A stretch of DNA of 51,671 nt from Pseudomonadota bacterium (GTDB lineage: Bacteria > Pseudomonadota > Gammaproteobacteria > Ga0077536), in assembly GCA_043782755.1 (NCBI GenBank), contig JAYWAC010000010.1:1-51671 (forward strand), in the 5' to 3' direction. Shown piece after piece: positions 42,544-51,671 of this stretch (position 1 is the first letter of the stretch; the number at the start of each line of letters is the position of its first letter). The notes under the pieces are model-generated. The model did no database searches. It was not told the origin of the DNA and was given only the letters and a program-made list of their open reading frames with translations. Both the position numbers and the translations under genes were made by a program.

Positions 42544-42761
42544 TTACCCACAGATTCTGTGGATAAGCCTGTGTACGAGTGGCGCGGGAGAAGGCCTATC
42601 CAATGCCCTGAAAGCGATTCCAATCGAATTGGGCAAGAATTAACCAATTTATTAACAAAATAATAAATATTAAATAGTTATATAGTTTATCTATCGTTAA
42701 ATCGCGACAAAATTCGATAAGTATCGAACAACGGAAGCGAGGTCAGTCGTGGTGTGCATAA
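42544..42761. promoter_or_regulatory. DnaA-box cluster with AT-rich segment (DARS-like element)
   Basis: TTACCCACA(42544)-5bp-TGTGGATAA(42558)-3bp-TGTGTACGA(42570); Fis-like 42631-42645; IHF-like 42668-42680; extra box TGTGCATAA 42753-42761; lies between convergent genes. Confidence 0.6.
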
Positions 42762-42893
42762 CACGCACCGCACCCAGCCGGCACGAGCCGAATCCGACCC
42801 CGTAACTGCGAAAATTTTGCAATAGTCTGAATCGGTGGTGGGCACCAATTCCTTGGGACAAGAATGACGCCAAATGGCAGTCAGCATGACGGC

Positions 42894-43751
42894 TCAGGCG
42901 TCGCTCGCGAGTCGCTCACGCAACATGGTGATAACGAGTGCCGTCGTTGGCTCGCGTCCGTTCCAGATTGAGAAGGCGGCGGCGGCCTGCTCGACCAGCA
43001 TGCCCAGACCGTCCAACACGCGCCCGACTCCGCGTGTGCCCGCCCAGACCATGAAGCGGGTTGGCTGGGGGCCGTACATCATGTCGTAACACAAAGTGCG
43101 GGCATGCAGCAGGCTGGGCGCCAGAGCGGGCACTTCGCCCTGCAGGCTGAGGGAGGTGGCGTTGATGATCACATCACAAGGCGCGCCATCCTCGCCGCCC
43201 CACGGCAGCACCTCGACGCGTCCGGTCTCGGCGTAACCCGCCGCCAGGCTGGTTGCCCGCTCCAAGGTACGATTGGTGATCAGGACACAGGATGGGCCGG
43301 CATCGAGCAATGCTGGTAACACACCGCGCGACGCACCGCCCGCACCCAGCAACAGGATGCGCTTACCGGCGAGCAGCTCACCATGATTGGTTTCCAGATC
43401 CCGAACCAGACCGACACCGTCGGTATTGTCAGCCACCATGCCGCGAGCGTCGAACCACAGAGTATTCGCTGCGCCGGCCCGCGCCGCACGTGGCATGCGC
43501 ACATCGGCCAGCGCCCAGGCTTCTTCTTTGAGCGGCACGGTGACATTGAGACCGCGCCCTCCGGCGGCGCGGAATTCGCTCAACGCAGCCTGAAGGCGAC
43601 CAGGGGCGACTTCAATCTTGTCATAGACCAGCTCGATGCCGCACTGGGCGCCGAAGGCGGCGTGAATAAGGGGAGATTTACTGTGCGCTATCGGACTACC
43701 GACCACGCAGAAGTAAGGCAGGTCGAAATGTTTTTCGAACCACTCTGCCAC
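42894..43751 (-). CDS. aroE: Shikimate dehydrogenase
   Basis: HSKSP.IH, GLNVTVPLKE, DNTDG, GAGGA, DGLGMLVEQA. Confidence 0.95.
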   Translation of the reverse strand: MAEWFEKHFDLPYFCVVGSPIAHSKSPLIHAAFGAQCGIELVYDKIEVAPGRLQAALSEFRAAGGRGLNVTVPLKEEAWALADVRMPRAARAGAANTLWFDARGMVADNTDGVGLVRDLETNHGELLAGKRILLLGAGGASRGVLPALLDAGPSCVLITNRTLERATSLAAGYAETGRVEVLPWGGEDGAPCDVIINATSLSLQGEVPALAPSLLHARTLCYDMMYGPQPTRFMVWAGTRGVGRVLDGLGMLVEQAAAAFSIWNGREPTTALVITMLRERLASDA

Positions 43752-43789
43752 GGCCGTTATCCGGATTCAGCCGTGCGCAGCGCGCGCGC

Positions 43790-44851
43790 TCAGGCGGCGC
43801 CTGGCGTCTGCTCCATGAGTCCGCCCTGCAAGACATAGGTCTCAAAGCCACGCTCGCCAAGCAAAAAAGCTGCGGCTGAACTGCGGCGCCCGGTGTCGCA
43901 ATAGACGATGTAGGGCAGGTCAGGGTTCAGGGAATCGGTCTTGAGCCTCAACATGAATAGCGGGATATTCATGCTGCCTGGAATACCGTTGTTGGAATGT
44001 TCGCTCTCAAGTCGCACATCGAGCAGCTTGGCACCCTTGCTCACCCGCCCCATGGCCTCGTCCAGGCTCAACCAGCTGAGCATCGGTTCCTTCAATAGCG
44101 CGTTGAAGTTCTCCTTGGACAGGCGCATCAAGGTGCCTTCGGTTTCCATGGTGATATTGGCATTGCGCTTGGCTTCCGAGAGCAGCGCCTCCTCACCAAA
44201 GGCATCGCCATCCTTGAGCGTCGCCAACACCAGGTCCGTACTGGTCTTGGAAGCGCGCGTCACTTTCGCGCGACCATGCTTGATGATGTAGTAGAAATCG
44301 CCGTCGTCGCCCTGCTTGATGACAACGTCACCAGCACGCACCGGCAGCTCCTGCATGCGCATGAACATTGCCTGGATGTTGGCGGGCGGTATCTGCAGGA
44401 ATGCCTGAGACTGCAGAATGCGAGTCATCCAGTCGCAGTCGGCATCTTCCTCGCCCTCGCCTAGAACGATTTCGTTGACTTCAATACCGGACAACTGATC
44501 CCAGGTCAGCAGGATGTCAAGCAGATCGCTGTCGAAGCGGGTGATTTTGCAGGGAGTCTTGGTTCTGGCCGTCTGCTTGCGCGGTTGGGTATTAGCGAGC
44601 GGATGCTTGGCGGCGTCAGAGCCACCGCGCACGGTCGTGGACACGCCCGCCTCGTCGGAGAGAATGAGTTCTCCTTCCAGCAGGTAGGTCGTTTTACGGT
44701 CGACATCGCCGGCCTTGAAGATGACCTTGCCGGGCCCGACTTCCTCGATGAACGCCTTACCCGAGAGTTCCTGGAAATTCTCTGCGTTGAGAGCGTTGGC
44801 CGGAACCAGCGTCTTGAGGATGTTCTTGTCTACGAGTTGACCGTCTGCCAT
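43790..44851 (-). CDS. Tandem cyclic-nucleotide-binding domains plus rhodanese-like domain
   Basis: Second cNMP domain GDAFGEEALL...RNA; degenerate first domain; C-terminal LLDVR..E, YCDTGRRS, LQGG. Start ATG 44851. Confidence 0.85.
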   Translation of the reverse strand: MADGQLVDKNILKTLVPANALNAENFQELSGKAFIEEVGPGKVIFKAGDVDRKTTYLLEGELILSDEAGVSTTVRGGSDAAKHPLANTQPRKQTARTKTPCKITRFDSDLLDILLTWDQLSGIEVNEIVLGEGEEDADCDWMTRILQSQAFLQIPPANIQAMFMRMQELPVRAGDVVIKQGDDGDFYYIIKHGRAKVTRASKTSTDLVLATLKDGDAFGEEALLSEAKRNANITMETEGTLMRLSKENFNALLKEPMLSWLSLDEAMGRVSKGAKLLDVRLESEHSNNGIPGSMNIPLFMLRLKTDSLNPDLPYIVYCDTGRRSSAAAFLLGERGFETYVLQGGLMEQTPGAA

Positions 44852-45128
44852 GGATTTTGACTGCTCGGATGAACGCCTGGGCTGCTTGTGAGAACTGCGG
44901 TCTGAGATTCCGTTGGAGACCCGCCGTTGCTGTGACCGTCGCGGGATAAAATCGCCACATCGGCCCGCGCTATAACGGCTCGCCACAAGCGCGATCGCAG
45001 TGATTCATTGTATGCCGACACTATAAATCATGGGAACGGCTTTGTGGCCGCGATGAGACGCGTCACTCGCGGCGAAGCGCGTGCATGATGTTGCGCTAAT
45101 CGCGTGACACCGTGCTATCCGAGCGTCG

Positions 45129-46406
45129 CTAGATGATATAGCCGCGCTCGTCGTGTTCGCCCAGGTCAAGACCCTCGGTCTCGGTCTCCGGGGCGACACG
45201 CAGCCCAACCATGGCCTGAGTGAGCTTCAGCAGGACAAAGGTCAGCACACCGCAGTAGACACCAATGGTGACGATGCCGAGCAACTGCACCGAGATCTGA
45301 CGACCTAGCGTCATGCCCGCCACCAGACCCTTGCCGCCCAGGTCTGCGGAAACGACCACGCCCGCCATAAAAGTACCGAGAATACCGCCGACGCCATGCA
45401 CCGGAAAAACGTCCAGCGAGTCGTCAATGCGCAGCACGCGCTTGATGAGCTGGGTACTGAAGTAACACACCACACCGGCTATGAGACCGATCATGAGCGC
45501 TCCCATGGGGCCGGCTACACCCGAGGCTGGTGTAATCGTACCGAGACCCGCCACCATGCCGGTGACAATGCCGAGCACACTGGGCTTGCCATGCTTGAAC
45601 CATTCGACCGTCATCCATGACAGCGAACCGGCCGCAGCGGCGATATGGGTAACCAGCATCGCCATGCCGGCGTCACCGTTGACGGCCGCCGCACTGCCGG
45701 CGTTGAAGCCGAACCACCCAACCCACAACATCGACGCACCGGTTACGGTCATGGTCAGGTTATGGGGCGGCATGGCGGTCTGCGGAAAGCCGCGACGGTT
45801 GCCGAGCTGTATCGCCGCCACCAGCGAAGCGACGCCGGCATTGATATGCACGACTGTGCCACCCGCGAAATCGAGCAAGCCCATTTGCATGAGCCAACCA
45901 TTGCCCCACACCCAATGGCAGACCGGCACGTAGACCAGCATCAACCATAAGGAGCTGAACACGATCACTGCTGAAAATTTCATACGTTCCGCATAGCTAC
46001 CAAGCACCAGCGCCGGGGTGATGATGGCGAATGTCATCTGGAACATGAGGAACACGGATTCGGGAATGGTGCCGCTCACGCTGTCGCGAGTCACGCCTGT
46101 TAGCAGAAACTTGCCGCCGCCGATGACGTCGTTCCACACACCGCCGTCGCCGAAGGCCAGCCCATAGCCCGCCACCACCCACAGCAGCGAGACCAGACAG
46201 GTCAAGGAGAAACACTGCATGAGGATGGATAGGACGTTCTTGCTACGGACCAGGCCGCCGTAGAACAGCGCGAGACCCGGCAAGGTCATGAATAACACCA
46301 ACGCCGTCGAGGTCAGCATCCAGGCGCCATCGCCACTATTAATGCCTTCGGCACTCGCCAGCCATGGCATGGCCGACAAAAAAAGCCCGAGCAGAATGCG
46401 CGACAT
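45129..46406 (-). CDS. amtB: Ammonium transporter
   Basis: PGLALFYGG, DFAGGTVVH, LWVGWFGFNAGS, DDSLDVF.VHG. Confidence 0.96.
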   Translation of the reverse strand: MSRILLGLFLSAMPWLASAEGINSGDGAWMLTSTALVLFMTLPGLALFYGGLVRSKNVLSILMQCFSLTCLVSLLWVVAGYGLAFGDGGVWNDVIGGGKFLLTGVTRDSVSGTIPESVFLMFQMTFAIITPALVLGSYAERMKFSAVIVFSSLWLMLVYVPVCHWVWGNGWLMQMGLLDFAGGTVVHINAGVASLVAAIQLGNRRGFPQTAMPPHNLTMTVTGASMLWVGWFGFNAGSAAAVNGDAGMAMLVTHIAAAAGSLSWMTVEWFKHGKPSVLGIVTGMVAGLGTITPASGVAGPMGALMIGLIAGVVCYFSTQLIKRVLRIDDSLDVFPVHGVGGILGTFMAGVVVSADLGGKGLVAGMTLGRQISVQLLGIVTIGVYCGVLTFVLLKLTQAMVGLRVAPETETEGLDLGEHDERGYII

Positions 46407-46731
46407 GGATGTCCTCCCCGAAAGCGTTTTGTTATTTCCTGCTCACCGCTGCCGTGCGACTGGCAGATTTATGGGGTGAGACTGTCTTCGGCGACGACGT
46501 GACACGAGAAGAGCGGGAATTAAAGCCCGTCTCGCGAAAATTTCACGAATATCGCCCACACGGGGATCGCCGGCGTGGTGCGGAACCGCCCAAGTTCCAC
46601 AGTCGCCGATCAATCCTTCGGTGCAAATTGCTCCACGACTCGCCCCGCAAGGGGTCGGTCACGGTAGCCTGCTATTCAGATCATGCCATCGACAGATTAA
46701 GGATGGCCAAGAAACCCTGAAAGGACTGGCG

Positions 46732-47145
<414 letters not shown>

Positions 47146-47197
47146 CTAACTCGTATAAGAATAACGGCTCGTCAAGCCAGCGGAAACGACCGCCGGC

Positions 47198-48025
47198 TTA
47201 CCAGGCGCTCGATACCGCGAACACTACACCGTTGCACAGACCGTCTTTGCCGGTAATCTTGGTGCAGCCGTTGTCAGCGTCGTTCCACGACAAGTTCAGC
47301 GTGAGCTTACCAACCGCCTTGCTCACACCAATCGAGTAGTGGACATAGTCGTAACCGCCGATCGCGCCACTGGTCTTATCACCATCGACTGTCAGATAAC
47401 CGACCGTTGCCGACAGGCCAATGTCATAAGGCAGCGTCACCCCAAAAGTGCCGAACCCGTAGACACCGGTGCCATCCTCGCCGAAGTAGTCCGGCGAATA
47501 GTAGACGCCGCCCTTGACTGTCGGGCTATAAGTGACGCCGGTGAAGGCATAGCTGGTCTTAAAGTACACTTCTTCGTAGCCATAATCGGCGCCCCCGAAG
47601 GTCACCACACCAGTGTTCTTGTCGACGATCTTGCCGTCTTCATTCTGCCCCGGGTAGGAGTAATAGATGCCACCCACATCCCAGCCGATTCCGTTACTCA
47701 ACGCGCCGGAGAAGCCCCCGTAATAATCGAGCTCCATCGACGCGCGATTATTGACGCCTTTGCTTGGCGTGCCGTTCACGGCCAGTTCGACGTTGGATGC
47801 CCAAGCGCCGGCATAGAAACCGACTGGCGTGTACTGGTAATCAAATCCACCCTGAATGGCCGGGCCATCGTCGGTCTGCGTGATGCCCCGGAACATATAG
47901 TCCGTGGTCAGTGCCACATTGGCGGCGAACACATGAGGCGGCTTGGCTTCCTCGTCCGCAATTGCACCCATCGAAACGCTTGCCAGCGCGACGGCCGCGC
48001 CAATTACACTCAGTTTATACATCAC
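47198..48025 (-). CDS. TorF family putative outer-membrane porin
   Basis: Signal peptide, TTDYMFRGITQT..PAIQGGFDY, GFYAGAWASNV, ELDYYGG, terminal aromatic residue; family commonly lies upstream of glnK-amtB. Confidence 0.85.
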   Translation of the reverse strand: MMYKLSVIGAAVALASVSMGAIADEEAKPPHVFAANVALTTDYMFRGITQTDDGPAIQGGFDYQYTPVGFYAGAWASNVELAVNGTPSKGVNNRASMELDYYGGFSGALSNGIGWDVGGIYYSYPGQNEDGKIVDKNTGVVTFGGADYGYEEVYFKTSYAFTGVTYSPTVKGGVYYSPDYFGEDGTGVYGFGTFGVTLPYDIGLSATVGYLTVDGDKTSGAIGGYDYVHYSIGVSKAVGKLTLNLSWNDADNGCTKITGKDGLCNGVVFAVSSAW

Positions 48026-48106
48026 TTTCGTATCCTCCGGACTTTCAAAAATTTATCGCTTCTCACTTGCTCCGCAGAGCCAGGTCAGAAGCTGTTGACC
48101 AGCATA

Positions 48107-48122
48107 TGCACCATGTATGCCA
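48107..48122 (-). promoter_or_regulatory. Sigma54 -24/-12 promoter of porin-glnK-amtB
   Basis: Minus strand TGGCATACATGGTGCA fits GG-N10-GC. Confidence 0.7.
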
Positions 48123-48209
48123 TGGATGAAATAATAATTTAAAATTTGATAGTTACAAGATCTTTGTAAAGAATAGTCTTAGAAAAATAGACACACTTGA
48201 CGAAGTCTT

Positions 48210-48256
48210 CGCACCACTGCGAAGCAGGCTTGCGCAAATTGCACTTCCGAGGTGCG
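48210..48256. promoter_or_regulatory. Two NtrC-like enhancer sites
   Basis: TGCACT-TCCGA-GGTGCG (48240-48256, strong) and CGCACC-ACTGC-GAAGCA (48210-48226, weak) against TGCACC-N5-GGTGCA; 30 bp apart, with an AT-rich spacer toward the sigma54 site. Confidence 0.65.
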
Positions 48257-48320
48257 ATTACGGAGCTGGCGGCTAATGCGCTCGCCCATTACCCTTGCCG
48301 GGCACACGAGGACGCGAACA

Positions 48321-48572
48321 GTGATCGACTTGAAGATGATTGAAGGCATAAGTGAGCGGATCGGCGCCTTGCTACCGGCCGACCTGGGCGCGCTGCGCTC
48401 CGAGTTCAAGACCAACGTCAAAGCGCTGCTGGAAGCCAGCCTGACGCGCATGGACGTCGTCACACGCGAGGAATTCGACGCCCAGAGCGCGCTTTTGCGG
48501 CGCACTCGCGAGAAGCTCGACAAACTCGAGAAACTGCTCGCAGAGCTTGAGGAGGCCACACTGCGGGCCTGA
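48321..48572 (+). CDS. ubiK: Ubiquinone biosynthesis accessory factor UbiK (YqiC/BMFP family)
   Basis: MDVVTREEFDAQ..LL.RTREKL..LE; GTG start with GAGGA RBS; usual neighbour of glnK and comM. Confidence 0.88.
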   Translation: MIDLKMIEGISERIGALLPADLGALRSEFKTNVKALLEASLTRMDVVTREEFDAQSALLRRTREKLDKLEKLLAELEEATLRA

Positions 48573-48686
48573 AGCGCTGACCGCGAAAAATGTTCGACGG
48601 ACGGCACTAGGCTTGGCTAGACTGAGCCGAGTTCAGCCATCAACCAGTCGCCGCGCAGGATGCGAGGCAGAATTTGCAGGGAACGC

Positions 48687-49730
48687 ATGTCTATCGCACT
48701 TGTTTATACCCGCTGCCAGGACGGCATGGACGCCCTGGCGATCTGCGTCGAAACCCATCTCTCCAACGGTCTGCCGTCCTTCACCATCGTCGGCCTGCCG
48801 GAAACCGCCGTGCGGGAAAGCCGCGAGCGGGTACGTTCGGCTCTGATCAACTCCGGTTTCGAGTTCCCCCAGCGTCGCATCACAGTCAACCTTGCACCTG
48901 GCGATATCCCCAAAGAAGGCACGCGCTTCGATCTGGCGATAGCTATCGGCATCCTCGCCGCCTCGCATCAGATCCCTCTTCCCCCACTCGCCCAGGCCGA
49001 ATTCATCGGCGAACTGGCGCTCGACGGTGGACTACGAGCGGTGGGGACGACTTTGGCGTCGGCACTTGCTGCCCGCGATGCCGGGCACGCGCTGTTCGTC
49101 GCTGGCGTCGATGCCGACGAAGCGGCACTCATCGACGGCGCGGAGGTGCACGCGGCGGTGTCTTTACGCGAGGTCTGTATGCATCTGCAAGGCCACGCTC
49201 GATTGTCTGTGCGGAACGTCCCTAAACGCGTGCGCGATGATTCGCGCCTGCCCGATCTGACGGATGTGGTCGGACAACCACGTGCGCGACGCGCGCTCGA
49301 AATCGCGGCCGGAGGCGGACACAACCTGCTGCTGATCGGCCCACCGGGCACGGGTAAGACCATGCTCGCCACGCGTCTCCCCGGCCTGCTGCCGCCACTC
49401 AACGAGGAACAGGCGCTAACGGTAGCGGCTATCCACTCGGTGGCCGCTCAGCCCTCGCGCCTGGCCGACTGGCGCTCACCACCCTATCGCGCACCCCACC
49501 ATTCGGCCTCGGCCGTCGCCCTGGTCGGTGGCGGGCGGATACCGCGTCCAGGCGAGATTTCTCTCGCACACCACGGCGTGCTGTTCATGGACGAACTGCC
49601 AGAATTCGAACGGCGCGCATTGGAGGCGCTGCGCGAGCCGCTGGAGTCCGGTCAGATCACCGTCGCACGCGCAGCCCGCGCCGTGCGCTACCCAGCCAGC
49701 TTTCTCCTGATTGCCGCCATGAATCCCTGA
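48687..49730 (+). pseudogene. comM: ComM/YifB Mg-chelatase-like AAA+ helicase, 3'-truncated (347 aa) by an integration
   Basis: [24 protein letters not shown], Walker [33 protein letters not shown]; ends at LIAAMNP-TGA where the family continues CPCG to about 500 aa. Confidence 0.9.
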
Positions 49731-51220
49731 GGATTCATTGCCAAACTGTCACGCTCTAAGCCTTTCTTTTGAAAGGGTTGAGGAAGGTAGAGTAGTGATA
49801 TATCGACGTCACCATCACCAATAGTGATCTGTTCGGTAATTGATTCAACGATCCCTCGTTTCTCTTCCGTAGGAAGAGAAGGCCATCGTTCATAGAGCGT
49901 CTCAGCTCCCTGCATCATCTCTTCTCTTGAAAGCCTCGAAATCTTCATCACATCGATTTGTGCCTCAAGGCGTGGCATCTCTTCATCGAGTTGCTTCCGT
50001 CGTTCGTCGAGCGAAAAGAAGCGACCGCCGAAGGCTTCCTTCGAAATGTTGTCCGACTGATATAAGGAATAGAGCTTCTCGGTCTCGGTCGCGAGTTTTC
50101 GGCTTTCGGACTGGAGCGATTTAAGAAGCGCGATCTTTTCGTGCACCGCCGCATCAGCCTGGTCGAGATAGCCAGCGATCTCGTCAGACGAAAACGAGAA
50201 GTGCCGGATCTGCTCACGGAAGATGTCTTCCATGGCGTCAATCGGCATCTTGTTCCGGCAGGAGTAACAGACGTACTTCGGCATATTCGAAGGGACATAC
50301 ATCTTGCCGCCGCAGGCGCACTCAATAAAGCCGGCGAAGAGATGCACCGGCCGCTTGGCAACTCGCTTCCTGGCTGTCCGCTGGGTGTCAAGGAACGCAT
50401 TGCAGGCCAACCAAAGCTCCTCGGACACGACAGCCTCGACCGGGTGGTGAATCCAATCGCTCTCGGGTTTCAGCTTCCAGGCCTTCTTGTTGTCCGTGGA
50501 CGAGGTGTAGTTCGCGCGGCGGAGCCCTTTCGCGGTCGGGTCCCTGAGAAGTCGGTCAACCGTCGTATCTGAGAACTTCGAGCCGTTCCGGGTCCGGTGC
50601 CCCTGCTCATTCAGAAGCCGCGCAACAGTCTTCTTTCGCTTATGGAGCGCAAACAACTCATACATGAGCTTCCGTACCGGCGCTTCCTTCGTATCTACCT
50701 TCAGTTCCTGGCCATCCCACCGGTACCCAAATGGTGCAGCGCCACCAAGCGGCTTCCCGAGCTTGGCCCGGATCGGGACCGAGACCGCCACGCGTTCTGC
50801 GATTTCTTCACGCTCCCATTGCGCCATGGCGGCAATCATGGTGTAAAAGAGGCGGCCGGCAGGGGTCGTGGTGTCGATCGATTCTTGAAGGGAAATGAGG
50901 TCGGCGCCGGCATCCCGGAAGAGATCCGAGAAATCGAGCAGCTCTCGGGTGCTCCGGGCGAGTCGGGCAAGCTTTGAGAAGATCAGACCGGTGATTCGGC
51001 CCGCCTGGATGTCGGCGACCATCCGTGTCGCTTCTGGGTGGTCCATGACCGCTTTACCGGAAACGCCTTCGAGGTGGTACACCTCGACCACATTCCAGCC
51101 CTTCGCCTCGGCATAGTAGCGGGCGCGGCGTTCATGGTGCTCGGGACTTTCGCCCCGCGCTTGGTCTTCGGTCGATACCCGAATCCAGATACCGACTCGT
51201 TTGCTTTCGGCTATGCCCAT
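49688..51220 (-). CDS. Large serine recombinase (integrase)
   Basis: WIRVSTEDQ catalytic Ser, [29 protein letters not shown], Zn ribbon CACGG...C.SC, coiled coil; ATG 51220 with GAGGTG RBS; 510 aa. Confidence 0.93.
   Translation of the reverse strand: MGIAESKRVGIWIRVSTEDQARGESPEHHERRARYYAEAKGWNVVEVYHLEGVSGKAVMDHPEATRMVADIQAGRITGLIFSKLARLARSTRELLDFSDLFRDAGADLISLQESIDTTTPAGRLFYTMIAAMAQWEREEIAERVAVSVPIRAKLGKPLGGAAPFGYRWDGQELKVDTKEAPVRKLMYELFALHKRKKTVARLLNEQGHRTRNGSKFSDTTVDRLLRDPTAKGLRRANYTSSTDNKKAWKLKPESDWIHHPVEAVVSEELWLACNAFLDTQRTARKRVAKRPVHLFAGFIECACGGKMYVPSNMPKYVCYSCRNKMPIDAMEDIFREQIRHFSFSSDEIAGYLDQADAAVHEKIALLKSLQSESRKLATETEKLYSLYQSDNISKEAFGGRFFSLDERRKQLDEEMPRLEAQIDVMKISRLSREEMMQGAETLYERWPSLPTEEKRGIVESITEQITIGDGDVDISLLYLPQPFQKKGLERDSLAMNPQGFMAAIRRKLAG
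49716..49741. mobile_element. Hybrid att junction of a serine-recombinase element inserted in comM
   Basis: gccATGAATCC-ctga-GGATTCATtgc inverted repeat (8 bp perfect, 10/11 overall) around a central TG at 49728-49729. GC is 45/60 at 49621-49680 and 26/60 at 49741-49800. Confidence 0.8.
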
Positions 51221-51671
51221 CGAACATCCCACCTCGCTGGAGATCCATCCCGACAAGCGCATTATCTCAAGGCACACTCGCCAACTCAAATTATTTTTCT
51301 TTATTTTTCATAAAGTAAGTGGGCTAGAGCCAAATCAATTAACTGACGTCATACATTGCAACGACGGAGTGGCCCATCTGAAGTTTTGTATGCCCAACCG
51401 GCAGTGGTAGGAAAGACCGGTATTCGGATTAACATGGCATAACGGAAGTCGCTGATTAAGCGCTATACGGACATCTGTCGGTCAGCTTAGGGGGAATCTT
51501 GTACTGGTTCAGGGCCTTTCGTCGTGAAAGTCCGGTAGACGTGCTCGCCGTGCTGAAAGCCGGTGATTTACCAAACCCCGATCCGGACTCCATTTCACGC
51601 CAGAACGAAGCCGAATTGGGATTTCCATCCGCATGCGTATACGCGTATCTCGGACAGACTCTCGAAGCCTT
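49730..51671. mobile_element. Left end of a genomic island integrated in comM, continuing beyond the window
   Basis: att junction, adjacent recombinase, and lower GC including an AT-rich stretch near 51280-51350. Confidence 0.82.
51499..51671 (+). CDS. Possible first cargo gene, 3' end outside the window
   Basis: TTG start after AGGGGG; frame open for 57 codons to the window end (MYWFRAFRRESPVDVLAVLKAGDL...VYAYLGQTLEA). Confidence 0.3.
   Translation, partial: MYWFRAFRRESPVDVLAVLKAGDLPNPDPDSISRQNEAELGFPSACVYAYLGQTLEA

Noticed and set aside
42751-42778. GGTGTGCATAA resembling the XerC arm of dif
   Set aside because: No XerD arm (TTATGTTAAAT) 6 bp downstream; better explained as a DnaA box.
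46672-46689. TGGCAT as an internal sigma54 promoter for amtB
   Set aside because: No GC at the -12 position.

Overview
GC-rich chromosomal window, most likely from a gammaproteobacterium (inferred from gene content and order). Most of it is housekeeping: mlaA (5'-truncated), glcEF, aroC, prmB, htpG, mutS, fdxA, nth, rnfB, metG, mrp/apbC, dcd, cysG, msrB, ispG, mpl, lptD-surA-pdxA-rsmA, aroE, a TorF-type porin-glnK-amtB nitrogen operon and ubiK. Four regions stand out. (1) At the right end comM is cut at its conserved AAMNP|CPCG motif by an integrated element. The element's large serine recombinase ORF reads through the palindromic att junction, so its last 12 residues come from the comM antisense strand. 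(2) A 10.9-23.3 kb signalling/transport block holds a CHASE2 Ser/Thr kinase-PP2C-FHA operon, a convergent CHASE2 nucleotide cyclase, and an MCE (MlaEFD/PqiC-like) transporter operon containing a partner-switching module (GAF-SpoIIE-RsbW fusion plus a DSSG STAS protein) but no sigma factor. (3) An unannotated Csr/Rsm-type small RNA candidate lies antisense-downstream of mutS-fdxA. (4) A DnaA-box trio with Fis-like, IHF-like and AT-rich elements sits between the convergent rsmA and aroE genes and resembles a DnaA-reactivating sequence (DARS). No tRNA, rRNA or CRISPR array was recognised. All calls come from manual motif reading; no database searches were run.
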